A stretch of DNA of 43,994 nt, from the NCBI GenBank assembly GCA_943328785.2, contig CALQBJ020000003.1:1-43994 (forward strand). The letters are read 5' to 3'. This document shows positions 27,542-37,567 of the stretch, piece by piece. Source of the DNA: Bifidobacterium breve (lineage in GTDB: Bacteria; Acidobacteriota; Vicinamibacteria; Vicinamibacterales; CAVVIG01). Each line of letters starts with the position of its first letter. The first letter of the stretch is position 1. The position numbers and the translations under genes are program-made. A model generated the notes under the pieces. The model searched no databases, was not told the origin of the DNA, and worked only from the letters and a program-made list of their open reading frames with translations.

Positions 27542-28162
27542 TTATACCCGGAACTCTGTCGGCCCGTCGTCTCCGCCAGCCCGCCCGACCTTCGGCGGCA
27601 GCGCCATCCCCCCGGTCAGGAAGATCCGGAGGCCCTCCTCCACGCTGATATCCGGGTAGCTGACCCGGCCTGGCTCGCAGATCACGATATCTCCCAGATA
27701 CAGGTGATTGGTGGGCACATAGACCGCCACCATGGCCTCGACGCCATGTCCGCGGTCGACAGTGAACTCCTTCGTGAGGAACCCGAGCGCCGCAGTGTGG
27801 CCATCCTGCACCATCACCACGCGCTTGAAGCCGAACTCGTTGTCCGGCGAGAACGCCACCACGAGCTGCTTCACCGGCGCGTAGATGCTCCGGAACACCG
27901 GCACGCGCAGCAGGTAGCCGTCCGCGCGCTGCAGTATCCGCTTGCCGATGACGTTGGTAGCAATCGCACCAACGACCACCACCCCGACAGCCGTAGTAAT
28001 GATGCCGAGCCCTGGCACTTCCCGCCCGAGCAGGCGCATATAGAACGCGCTCGTCAGCCCGTCGACGATGCCAAAAATCCAGATGAAGGCAGCAATCGTG
28101 ATGAACAGCGGGACGGTAACGAAGAAGCCCGCGATGAAGCTCCGGCGCAGCCACAGCGTCAT
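27542..28162 (-). CDS. DUF502-family membrane protein
   Basis: FIAGFFVTVPL, LLRVPVFRSIY, VYVPT, GG near C-terminus; ATG overlaps the uppP stop (TGATG). Confidence 0.85.
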   Translation of the reverse strand: MTLWLRRSFIAGFFVTVPLFITIAAFIWIFGIVDGLTSAFYMRLLGREVPGLGIITTAVGVVVVGAIATNVIGKRILQRADGYLLRVPVFRSIYAPVKQLVVAFSPDNEFGFKRVVMVQDGHTAALGFLTKEFTVDRGHGVEAMVAVYVPTNHLYLGDIVICEPGRVSYPDISVEEGLRIFLTGGMALPPKVGRAGGDDGPTEFRV

Positions 28163-28968
28163 CACCGCAGCCAACCCGTCGAGACAGCCAGAAGCAGCAC
28201 GATGCCGGTGAGTATCCGGTACCAGGCGAACGGCGCAAAGCCCATTCGTCGTACCACGGCCAGGAACGGCTTCACCACGACGAGCGAGGCGAGAAACGCC
28301 ATCACGAAGCCGATCACCAGTTCCAGGGAACGGTCGGCGGTGATCTGGCTGCGAAGTTCGAGGAGGCTGTGCGCGAACGTGGCCGCCAGCGTCGGCATGG
28401 CCAGGAAGAAGGAGAACTCCGCCGCGGTCGCACGGTCGAGCCCGGCCAACCGGCCGCCGACGATGGTGGCGCCGGAACGCGACACGCCCGGCACCAGCGC
28501 CAAGACCTGGAAGAGGCCGATGCCGAACGCCTGACCGGTCGTGGTGTCGTCCACCGACCTGGTGTGGGGCCTCATGGCTGCGCGTTCCACAGCCAGCATC
28601 ACGATGCCGCCGGCGATGAACGCCACGCCCATCGTGACCACGCTCTTGTGCAGGACCGATTCCACGTAGTCCGACGCGAGCGCACCAGCGACAAGCGCCG
28701 GAGCCACAGCCACGATGAGCATCAGCGCGAATCGACGCGCTTCTGGGCGGGTGGAAATGCCACGCACCACCTCCATCACCTTGCGGCGATAGAGCCAGAC
28801 GATGGCGAAGATGGAACCGAGTTGGATCATCTCGGTGAACACGCTGCCAGGGTCGTCGAACCCCAGCAGCCGTTCACCGATCAGGAGGTGAGCCGTCGAC
28901 GAAATCGGCAGGAACTCGGTGAGTCCCTGCACGATACCAAGGATGGCCGCGCCGAGCCAGGTGGGCAC
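28162..28968 (-). CDS. uppP: Undecaprenyl-diphosphate phosphatase
   Basis: GIVQGLTEFLPISSTAH, PGVSRSGATI, AAEFSFFLAMP. Confidence 0.95.
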   Translation of the reverse strand: MPTWLGAAILGIVQGLTEFLPISSTAHLLIGERLLGFDDPGSVFTEMIQLGSIFAIVWLYRRKVMEVVRGISTRPEARRFALMLIVAVAPALVAGALASDYVESVLHKSVVTMGVAFIAGGIVMLAVERAAMRPHTRSVDDTTTGQAFGIGLFQVLALVPGVSRSGATIVGGRLAGLDRATAAEFSFFLAMPTLAATFAHSLLELRSQITADRSLELVIGFVMAFLASLVVVKPFLAVVRRMGFAPFAWYRILTGIVLLLAVSTGWLR

Positions 28969-28974
28969 GCGCGA

Positions 28975-29988
28975 CTAAGACGCGCGTGCCTTACGCTGCG
29001 GCCTCGCCTTGCGGGTCGGCTGTTGCGGACCGCCCGAGGTCGCCGTGCCTGTGACCTCAGAGTCAGCGGTGGCGCGCGTCGGTCCGGCGCCGCGCCAGAA
29101 GGTGACGACCGCGGCGGCCACGAACACGCTCGAGTAGGTGCCGGTGACGATGCCGACGATCATCGTGAACGCGAAGCCCTTCAGCACGTCGCCGCCGAAG
29201 ACGAACAGCGCGACGACGCTGAGCAGCGTCAGCCCGGCGGTCAAGACGGTGCGTCCCAGGGTCTGGTTGATCGCGGTGTTGATGACGTCCTTCAGCGAGT
29301 CGCGCCGCATGCTGCGCAGGTTCTCTCGCACGCGGTCGAAGATCACGATGGTGTCGTTCGTGGAGTAACCGGTCACCGTCAGGATGGCCGCGATGACGTT
29401 CAGCGTCAGGTCGTACCGGAAGAACGCCAGGAACGCCACGACGATCAGCAGGTCGTGGATGGTGGCGACGACCGCACCGACCGCGAAGCTGAACTGATAG
29501 CGGAAGGCGATGTAGGCCAGCAGGCCGACCAGCGACAGGACCGTGGCGACCAGGCCGCGTTGCGACAGTTCCTTGCCAACCGCCGGACCAACAATCTCGG
29601 TGCCGACCACCGTGAAGTTCCCGAGGTTGCCGGCGCGCAGCGCCTGTTCGACCGCAGCCGCAGTGGTGCTGAGAGAGGCGCCGGATTCCTCGCCGACGTG
29701 CGGCACGCGCACCATCTTCTGGCGGCGCGACGCGTCACCGAAGGACTGGACGATCGCGTCCTGGCCGCCGCCCGCATAGTGCTGGTTCAACGCCACACGC
29801 ACCGCGTCGTCGCTCGGCGTCTGGTCGAATTCCATGATGACCGACGTGCCACCGGCGAACTCGATGCCGCGCGGAAGCCCCTTGGTGGCAATCATGGCGA
29901 GGCCAGCCAGGATGACGACCCACGACAGCGCCACGGCGTGCCACCGCCAGCGCATGAAGTCGATATTCGTTTTGTTGAGGATATGCAT
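28975..29988 (-). CDS. secF: Protein translocase subunit SecF
   Basis: GIEFAGG, EIVGPAVGKEL, HDLL, GYSTNDTIVIFDRVRE, QTLGRT. Confidence 0.95.
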   Translation of the reverse strand: MHILNKTNIDFMRWRWHAVALSWVVILAGLAMIATKGLPRGIEFAGGTSVIMEFDQTPSDDAVRVALNQHYAGGGQDAIVQSFGDASRRQKMVRVPHVGEESGASLSTTAAAVEQALRAGNLGNFTVVGTEIVGPAVGKELSQRGLVATVLSLVGLLAYIAFRYQFSFAVGAVVATIHDLLIVVAFLAFFRYDLTLNVIAAILTVTGYSTNDTIVIFDRVRENLRSMRRDSLKDVINTAINQTLGRTVLTAGLTLLSVVALFVFGGDVLKGFAFTMIVGIVTGTYSSVFVAAAVVTFWRGAGPTRATADSEVTGTATSGGPQQPTRKARPQRKARAS

Positions 29989-29994
29989 GACGGC

Positions 29995-31593
29995 TTAAAT
30001 CGACAGCGTCGTCACCTGAGACTTGCGCGACAGCTCAAGCTCAAACAACGTCTTAGAAACAAAGGTGGCCGTGAACAGGTTCGAGACGAGACCGGCGAAC
30101 AGCGTGACCGCGAAGCCGCGAATCGGGCCGGTGCCGAACTGGAACAGGAAGGCAGCGGAGATGAGTGCCGCCAGGTGCGTGTCCATCAGCGTCAGGAAGA
30201 CGCGGCTGAAGCCGGCGTTGATCGAGGCGCGAACTCCGCGCTGCGCCTCAAGTTCCTCCTTGATGCGCTCGAAGATCAGCACGTTCGAGTCGACGCCGAT
30301 GCCCATCGTCAGCACGAAGCCGGCGATGCCTGGCAGCGTCATCACGGCGCCCATGTAGCCCATGATGCCGACCAGGATGACGAGGTTCAGCAGCAGAGCG
30401 ATGACCGCGTTGACGCCGGCCATCTTGTAGTAGACGAGCATGAACACGATGATGAGCACCAGGCCGACGACCGATGCGATGACGCCGGCGCGGATGGAGT
30501 CGGCACCGAGGCTCGGGCCGATGGTCCGCTCCTCGAGGTAGGTAAGGGTGGCCGGCAGCGAACCCGAGCGAAGAATCAACGAGAGGTTCTGCACCTCTTC
30601 CTGCGTGAAGCTGCCCGAGATGCGGCCGTCGGAGGTGATGCGCGAATCGATGCGCGGTGCAGACTGGACGCGGCCGTCGAGGATGATGGCCAGCGAACGG
30701 CCGACGTTCTCGCCGGTCACCTTGCCGAACTTGGCGGCGCCCTCGGAGTTCAGGGTGAACGCGACCGCCGGACGGCTGTTCTCGTCGAGCGAGGGACGCG
30801 CGCTGCGCAGGTCGCGGCCGGTCACGGCGGCGGCGCGGCGCACGAGGTAGTAGACCGTGGAACCCGGCGCGTCGCCTGGACCGCTGATGCCGGGCACGAC
30901 GTCGAGGCCGGAGGGCAGCGTGCCGCTCGGGATGAGTGCCTCGCGCGACGCCGACGGCCCTTGCTCCACGATCTTCAGCTCAAGCAGGCCGGTGGAGCGG
31001 ATGATTTCCTTGGCGCGGTTGACGTCGGTGACGCCAGGGAGCTGCACCAGGATCTGGTCGCCGTTGGCGCCCTGCTGCGCAATGCTCGGCTCGGCGACGC
31101 CGAGCTCGTTCACGCGGCGCTCGATCGTCTGACGCGCCTGCACCACAGCCTCTTCACGCAGCGTCAGCGCGACGTTGGGCTTCAGCCTGAAGGTGTAGGT
31201 GCCGTTGGTGCCGGCGTCGCGATCGAAGTTCGCGCTGACCTCGTTGGCCGCCGCGCGGAACGCCGCGTCCTGGTCGCCGGCGATACCGTCGACCTTGAAG
31301 CCGTCGATCCCGGCCAGGACGAGATTCGTGCTGGTGATGCGGGCGGTCGAGAGCAGCTCGCGCAGCCGCTCCATTTCCGTCTCGCTCTCGATGCGCAGCG
31401 CGTCATCGGTCTGGACGCGGAGGACGAGATGCACGCCGCCCTTCAGGTCGAGCCCCAGCTTGAGCATGCGGTCCGTCAGGATCGTCGGGCCGGCAATGCC
31501 GTAGCGGGCCGCAATGATCGGATAGACCCCGACGGCACCGAAGATAACGGTGACGGCGATGATGGTAAGGAGCTTCCAGCGCAGATTGGACAT
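29995..31593 (-). CDS. secD: Protein translocase subunit SecD
   Basis: LGLDLKGG, RRVNELGVAEP, LRSGSLPA, GPSLG, VDSNVLIFERIKEE, GPIRGFAVTL. Confidence 0.96.
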   Translation of the reverse strand: MSNLRWKLLTIIAVTVIFGAVGVYPIIAARYGIAGPTILTDRMLKLGLDLKGGVHLVLRVQTDDALRIESETEMERLRELLSTARITSTNLVLAGIDGFKVDGIAGDQDAAFRAAANEVSANFDRDAGTNGTYTFRLKPNVALTLREEAVVQARQTIERRVNELGVAEPSIAQQGANGDQILVQLPGVTDVNRAKEIIRSTGLLELKIVEQGPSASREALIPSGTLPSGLDVVPGISGPGDAPGSTVYYLVRRAAAVTGRDLRSARPSLDENSRPAVAFTLNSEGAAKFGKVTGENVGRSLAIILDGRVQSAPRIDSRITSDGRISGSFTQEEVQNLSLILRSGSLPATLTYLEERTIGPSLGADSIRAGVIASVVGLVLIIVFMLVYYKMAGVNAVIALLLNLVILVGIMGYMGAVMTLPGIAGFVLTMGIGVDSNVLIFERIKEELEAQRGVRASINAGFSRVFLTLMDTHLAALISAAFLFQFGTGPIRGFAVTLFAGLVSNLFTATFVSKTLFELELSRKSQVTTLSI

Positions 31594-31598
31594 ATGGC

Positions 31599-33136
<1,538 letters not shown>

Positions 33137-33159
33137 TCAGTTTACAATCGCCCGACTCC

Positions 33160-34332
33160 GTGCAGAAAACCATCGCCACTCTCGCCGCGCTGGCCGGGGC
33201 GTGCATCGTCCTCTTCAGCGCCGGTCTCGTGGCGCTGCCGCGCAGCACATCGACCGGCTTGAGCGAGGCGCCGCGGCTGGCTGCCATCTACGACACCATC
33301 CTCCGGGCGCGCTTCGACGATGCCCGGATCCAGCTCGGGCGGGCCTGCCCTCCGGCGCCGACTCCCGCCTGCGACGCCCTGCGCGAGGTCGCACTCTGGT
33401 GGGAGATCCAGCAGGACCTGTCGAGCCGCACGCTCGACGCCCGCATGGACGCCGCGACTGCAGCAGGCCTCGCGGCGGCGACGAGATGGACCGAGCGCGA
33501 ACCCAACCGGGGCGAAGCCTGGTTCTACCTCGCAGGCGTATACGCGCCGCTGGCCCAGTGGCGGATACTCCGAGGCGAGCGGCTTGCGGCGGCGAGGGAC
33601 GGGAAGCGGGTGAAGGACGCGCTGGAGCGGGCGCTGGCACTTGATCCGTCGCTACAGGACGCCTGGTTCGGCATCGGCCTCTATCACTACTACGCCGACG
33701 TCGCCCCAGCCGCACTGAAGGTCCTTCGCTTCCTCCTGCTGCTCCCTGGCGGCGATCGCATCCAGGGGCTGCGTGAGATGGAGCGCACGCGCGAACGCGG
33801 CGAACTCCTGCGCGGCGAGGCCGACTTCCAACTGCACTGGCTCTATCTTTGGTACGAGGACCGGCCGGACCGCGCGCTCGAGCTCCTGCGCGGCCTCGAT
33901 GCACACTATCCGACGAACCCGCTGTTCCTGCAGCGCATCGCCACCGTCGAGCACGAGTACTTCAGCAATCACCAGGCAAGCGCGGCCAGCTGGCAGGCGC
34001 TGATCGATCGCGCGGCACGCGGTGCGGTCTCGCTCCCCGCACTCGCGGACGCACGCGGCCGCGTCGGCGCTGCCGCCGAAGCCACGGAACTCGGAGACCC
34101 GTCGCGCGCGGTCGCCCTGCTCGAGCCACTCATCGCCGCGCGCCCCGCTGCGCCGTACGGCATCGTCGCACTCGCGCACCTCGCACTCGGCGATGCCTAC
34201 GCCGCGGCTCGCAATCGTCCGCAAGCACTGGCGTCGTACGAACGCGCCCTCACCACGGCGCCGCGCGACGATCCGGACAACGTCCGCTCACGGGCCCGCG
34301 ATGGGCGTACGCGAGCTCGATCAGCGCGGTAA
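33160..34332 (+). CDS. TPR-like alpha-helical protein with N-terminal signal/TM segment
   Basis: Hydrophobic N-terminus; TPR-like AWFYLAGVY, ALALDPSLQDAWFGIGLY, AHLALGDAY...ALASYERAL. Confidence 0.78.
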   Translation: MQKTIATLAALAGACIVLFSAGLVALPRSTSTGLSEAPRLAAIYDTILRARFDDARIQLGRACPPAPTPACDALREVALWWEIQQDLSSRTLDARMDAATAAGLAAATRWTEREPNRGEAWFYLAGVYAPLAQWRILRGERLAAARDGKRVKDALERALALDPSLQDAWFGIGLYHYYADVAPAALKVLRFLLLLPGGDRIQGLREMERTRERGELLRGEADFQLHWLYLWYEDRPDRALELLRGLDAHYPTNPLFLQRIATVEHEYFSNHQASAASWQALIDRAARGAVSLPALADARGRVGAAAEATELGDPSRAVALLEPLIAARPAAPYGIVALAHLALGDAYAAARNRPQALASYERALTTAPRDDPDNVRSRARDGRTRARSAR

Positions 34333-34373
34333 TCAAGTGTCAGTTTTTTTTGACAATTTGCCATGATTCGTGC

Positions 34374-34401
34374 TTGACATGCATTCTTTCTCACCCATAA
34401 T
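34374..34401 (+). promoter_or_regulatory. Sigma-70-type promoter of the small Lys-rich ORF unit
   Basis: TTGACA (34374-34379)-N16-CATAAT (34396-34401) in an AT-rich patch. Confidence 0.6.
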
Positions 34402-34407
34402 CTACAT

Positions 34408-34607
34408 CTGGTATGAGGGTGGAGGGCGTAAGCCACCCCTAGTGAGGTTGACTTTCACCTCACCCTTCCGCACCTGAACCATACGGGTGGCGCGGCAGGT
34501 GCCAAGCGACGGCGGGGGTCGAGTGGGCGTGCCAGGCGGCACCCACGGATCGGCAGCCCGGGTCATTCGCGCCAAGACAAATCCAAACGAAGGGGGGGGA
34601 TAACACC
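34408..34607 (+). ncRNA. Candidate structured 5' leader/ncRNA of unknown family
   Basis: Consecutive hairpins: GGC-GTAA-GCC (GNRA loop), GTGAGGT/ACCTCAC, GCACCTG/CAGGTGC, GTGG..GTGCC/GGCAC-CCAC, TGGCGCG/CGCGCCA; no family assigned. Confidence 0.4.
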
Positions 34608-34661
34608 ATGGCAAAGAAGGCAGCCAAGAAGGCGGCGAAGAAGGCGGCGAAGAAGCGCTAA
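34608..34661 (+). CDS. 17-aa Lys/Ala-rich peptide MAKKAAKKAAKKAAKKR (histone H1-tail-like repeat)
   Basis: ATG GCA AAG AAG GCA GCC AAG AAG GCG GCG AAG AAG GCG GCG AAG AAG CGC TAA; G-rich RBS GAAGGGGGGGGA 7 nt upstream; repeat units differ only at synonymous Ala third positions; flanked by promoter and terminator. Confidence 0.7.
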   Translation: MAKKAAKKAAKKAAKKR

Positions 34662-34690
34662 CCGCTTCTCCCGTACGATCTCACCGTACG

Positions 34691-34720
34691 AAAAAAAGGG
34701 GGCGGCCGTCGCCCCCTTTT
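34691..34720. terminator. Bidirectional rho-independent terminator
   Basis: A7-GGGGGCG-GCCGT-CGCCCCC-T4 between the small ORF and the convergent PPIase gene. Confidence 0.88.
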
Positions 34721-34751
34721 CAATTGCTCCCCAGTCTTACGGCGGTTCCGC

Positions 34752-36881
34752 TCAGTTGGAACTGCCGTCCCAGACCCGCACCCGCCGGATCACATCCCAC
34801 GGCTCGATAGCATCGACGACGTCCATACCGGCCACGACGCGCCCGAAGACGGTGTAGCGATCGTCCAGGTGCGGCTGCGGTGCGTGGGTGATGAAGAACT
34901 GGCTGCCGCCGGTGTCCGCCCAGTCGAGCGCCATGCCCACGGTTCCCCGCAGGTAGGGTCGCTGGTTGATCTCATCGCGAATCGTGAATCCGGGGCCGCC
35001 TTCGCCGTCGCCCCTGGGGTCGCCGCCCTGAATCACGAAGTCGGGCACGACGCGGTGGATCGGAATGCCGTTGAAGAAGCCGCGGCGCGCGAGTTCGACG
35101 AACGTCTCGACGGTCGCCGGCGCATCGAGCACCGCCAGCTCGAGCTGGATGGTGCCGCGGTCGGTGTCGATGTAGACATGCGTCGACACCGGGGGCGCCG
35201 TCAGCGCCTGCCGCGCGTACCACTCGGGTTGACGCGCCTGCGGGGCCGGGCGAATCCGCGACTTCGCATCGCTGGCCGGATCGAGTTCGGTGAGCAGCGT
35301 GGCAGCTCGCACGCGAAGCGCCCAGTCTTTGTCGCCGAGCCCATCGGTCAGCAGCGGGGTCGCCGTTTCGCGACCGTAGGCCGTCAGCGCCGCGAGTACC
35401 GCCGCGCGTGCAATGTAGGTCGTGTCGCCGAGGCTGCGCTGATAGGCGTCGGCCAGCGCCGCAGGGCCGGCCACCGGCTTCATGAGCGCCATCGCGTTCG
35501 CGGCCGCCGCACGCACGACCGGGTCGCCCGACTTGAGCTGCTCGATCATCAGCGCGCCGCCGTCCTCCGGCTTCAGGCGCGCAATCGATCCGAGCACAGC
35601 CGGCAGCACCTTCGGCTCTGGATCGGCCAGCATGCTGCGCAGCCGCGGCAAGCCAGCCTCAGGCGCGAGCCCACCAAGGGCGGAAGCGAGGGCCGCACGC
35701 ACGCTCCAGTTCGGATCGGGATCGAGACCCGACAGTACGGCGACGAACCCTTCAGGATCGAGCTGTGCCATCGACTTGATCGCGGCTCCGCGTATCGACG
35801 GATTCGGGTCGCCGAGCACATCGATCAGCTGGTCGTAGACGCCGTCGGCGCGAATGGCGCCGAGTGCCGCCACCGCCTCGAGGCGCAGGTGCGGTTCAGC
35901 CCTGGGCGCCTGCACGATCTTCAACAGCGCCGGCGCCGCTGCCGGCACGCCGAGCCGCGCCAGCGAACGGATCGCCTCGATGGCCACCGACCGGTTCGGG
36001 TCGGTGATGAACGGCAGTAGCGCGGCAGACGCCACGGGATCCTTGATCGCGCCGAGCCCCTTTACCGCGAACGCACGCGTGTAGGGGTGCGGCTCCTTCG
36101 CGAGCGTCAGCAACGCCGGCAGCGCACGCGCATCTTCAAGTCGCTGGAACGCGAAGGCCACCGGCCACCAGCGGACCTTGGGTTGCCCACTGCCGTCCAG
36201 CACCAGCCCGGCGAGCGCGTCATAGGATTTCAGGCGAACCAGCGCGTAGACGGCCAGCCGAAACGCGGCGGGCGGCGTGTCGCGCGCCGCGTCGAGTTCG
36301 TCAGGCGGGAGCGTGGCGAACGCGCCAGACGCGAGCACATCCGCCCCCATGCTGGCGATCGCCGCGGCCGATGACGCATCGCCGAGCAGACCGAGCGCTT
36401 CAGCCGCACTGCCTTTGACAACCGGCGCCGGATCGGCGAGCGCGGCCAGCAGCGGCTCGCGGGCCGACACGTCACCGATGAGTCCGAGCGCATAGGCGGC
36501 CATCTGCCGCACTTCGGGATCGGCATCAGCCAGCAGGCCGACCAGCGGCGGCACGCCGGCCGGCACGCCGGCACGACCAATGGCGAGTGCGGCACGGCGG
36601 CGCACACGCGCTTCCGTGTCCGAGAGCAGCTGTACTAAATCGGGAACTGGCGGCGGTGGCGGCGTAGGCGCCACGGTGCGGCCGCGTACGGCGACAACCG
36701 GTGGCGGCGACTGCAGTACCGGGGCGGCGTCGCGTAGTGTCCGCGCATCCTCGAGCCTGAGGACCCACGACATCTTCTGTTCAAAGCTCGGTTCCGCCGG
36801 TGTCGTCGGCGCGACGGGAGGGGCACTGGCGCAGGCGCTGGCGCCGAGCGCAAGCAGCAGCGCGATCGTCGTACGCGTCAC
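34752..36881 (-). CDS. HEAT-repeat protein fused to a C-terminal cyclophilin-type PPIase, probable lipoprotein
   Basis: Start GTG 36881 (VTRTTIALLLALGASAC, lipobox ASAC); many DPxxxVRxxAAxALG repeats; cyclophilin TDRGTI...APATVETF...HRVVPDFVIQGGDP...GSQFFI...HLDDRYTVFG. Confidence 0.88.
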   Translation of the reverse strand: MTRTTIALLLALGASACASAPPVAPTTPAEPSFEQKMSWVLRLEDARTLRDAAPVLQSPPPVVAVRGRTVAPTPPPPPVPDLVQLLSDTEARVRRRAALAIGRAGVPAGVPPLVGLLADADPEVRQMAAYALGLIGDVSAREPLLAALADPAPVVKGSAAEALGLLGDASSAAAIASMGADVLASGAFATLPPDELDAARDTPPAAFRLAVYALVRLKSYDALAGLVLDGSGQPKVRWWPVAFAFQRLEDARALPALLTLAKEPHPYTRAFAVKGLGAIKDPVASAALLPFITDPNRSVAIEAIRSLARLGVPAAAPALLKIVQAPRAEPHLRLEAVAALGAIRADGVYDQLIDVLGDPNPSIRGAAIKSMAQLDPEGFVAVLSGLDPDPNWSVRAALASALGGLAPEAGLPRLRSMLADPEPKVLPAVLGSIARLKPEDGGALMIEQLKSGDPVVRAAAANAMALMKPVAGPAALADAYQRSLGDTTYIARAAVLAALTAYGRETATPLLTDGLGDKDWALRVRAATLLTELDPASDAKSRIRPAPQARQPEWYARQALTAPPVSTHVYIDTDRGTIQLELAVLDAPATVETFVELARRGFFNGIPIHRVVPDFVIQGGDPRGDGEGGPGFTIRDEINQRPYLRGTVGMALDWADTGGSQFFITHAPQPHLDDRYTVFGRVVAGMDVVDAIEPWDVIRRVRVWDGSSN

Positions 36882-36887
36882 GCCGCG

Positions 36888-36899
36888 GATGATATCATC
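36888..36899. promoter_or_regulatory. Palindromic bidirectional extended -10 element
   Basis: GATGATATCATC gives TGnTATCAT on both strands, 7 nt and 9 nt before the two divergent start codons. Confidence 0.6.
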
Positions 36900-36907
36900 G
36901 GGCCGCC

Positions 36908-37549
36908 TTGCAGTTCCGCCACATCGCGGTCGAAGGACCGATCGGCGCGGGCAAAACCGCTCTTGCCGAGCGGCTCGCCACCCGCCTCGACGCCACGCTG
37001 GTGCTCGAAGACACCGAGAATCCGTTTCTCGCGGACTTCTATGCCGATCGCCCGGGCGCGGCACTGCAGGCGCAGCTCTTCTACCTGCTCCAGCGGCATC
37101 GGCAACAGACCACGCTGCAACAGGCCGACCTCTTCAGTCAGACCACCGTCGCCGACTACCTGTTCGACAAGGACAAGATCTTCGCGTACCTGAACCTCGA
37201 CGATAACGAGCTGTTCATCTACCAGCGCCTGTACGACCTGCTGGCGCGCGACGTCCCAGGACCTGATCTGGTCATCTATCTTCAGGCGCCGACCGACGTC
37301 CTGCAGCGCCGCATTCGCAGCCGTAGCGCCCAACCCGAAATGGAAGGGTTCGAGCCCGACCCGGAATACCTCAAGGAACTGAACGAGGCCTATCACCACT
37401 TCTTCTTCCACTACGAGGCCACGCCGTTGCTCGTCGTCGAGACGTCGCAGTTCGATTCCGACGTCAGCGACGAGGCGCTCGACGACCTCGTGCGCCAGAT
37501 CGGCCAGATGGGAGCCGGCACCCGCTACTACGTCCCGCGGACGAAGTGA
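36908..37549 (+). CDS. Deoxynucleoside kinase family protein
   Basis: IAVEGPIGAGKT P-loop, ENPFL..FY, QLFYLLQR, PDLVIYLQA, YLKELNEAY. Confidence 0.9.
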   Translation: MQFRHIAVEGPIGAGKTALAERLATRLDATLVLEDTENPFLADFYADRPGAALQAQLFYLLQRHRQQTTLQQADLFSQTTVADYLFDKDKIFAYLNLDDNELFIYQRLYDLLARDVPGPDLVIYLQAPTDVLQRRIRSRSAQPEMEGFEPDPEYLKELNEAYHHFFFHYEATPLLVVETSQFDSDVSDEALDDLVRQIGQMGAGTRYYVPRTK

Positions 37550-37567
37550 GTGGTAAGCTGATCGTTT

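Noticed and set aside
34608-34720. Lys-rich ORF as an attenuator leader or tmRNA tag
   Set aside because: No co-directional gene follows the terminator; no tRNA-like ends; the ORF has its own ATG and RBS and lacks an ssrA-like C-terminus
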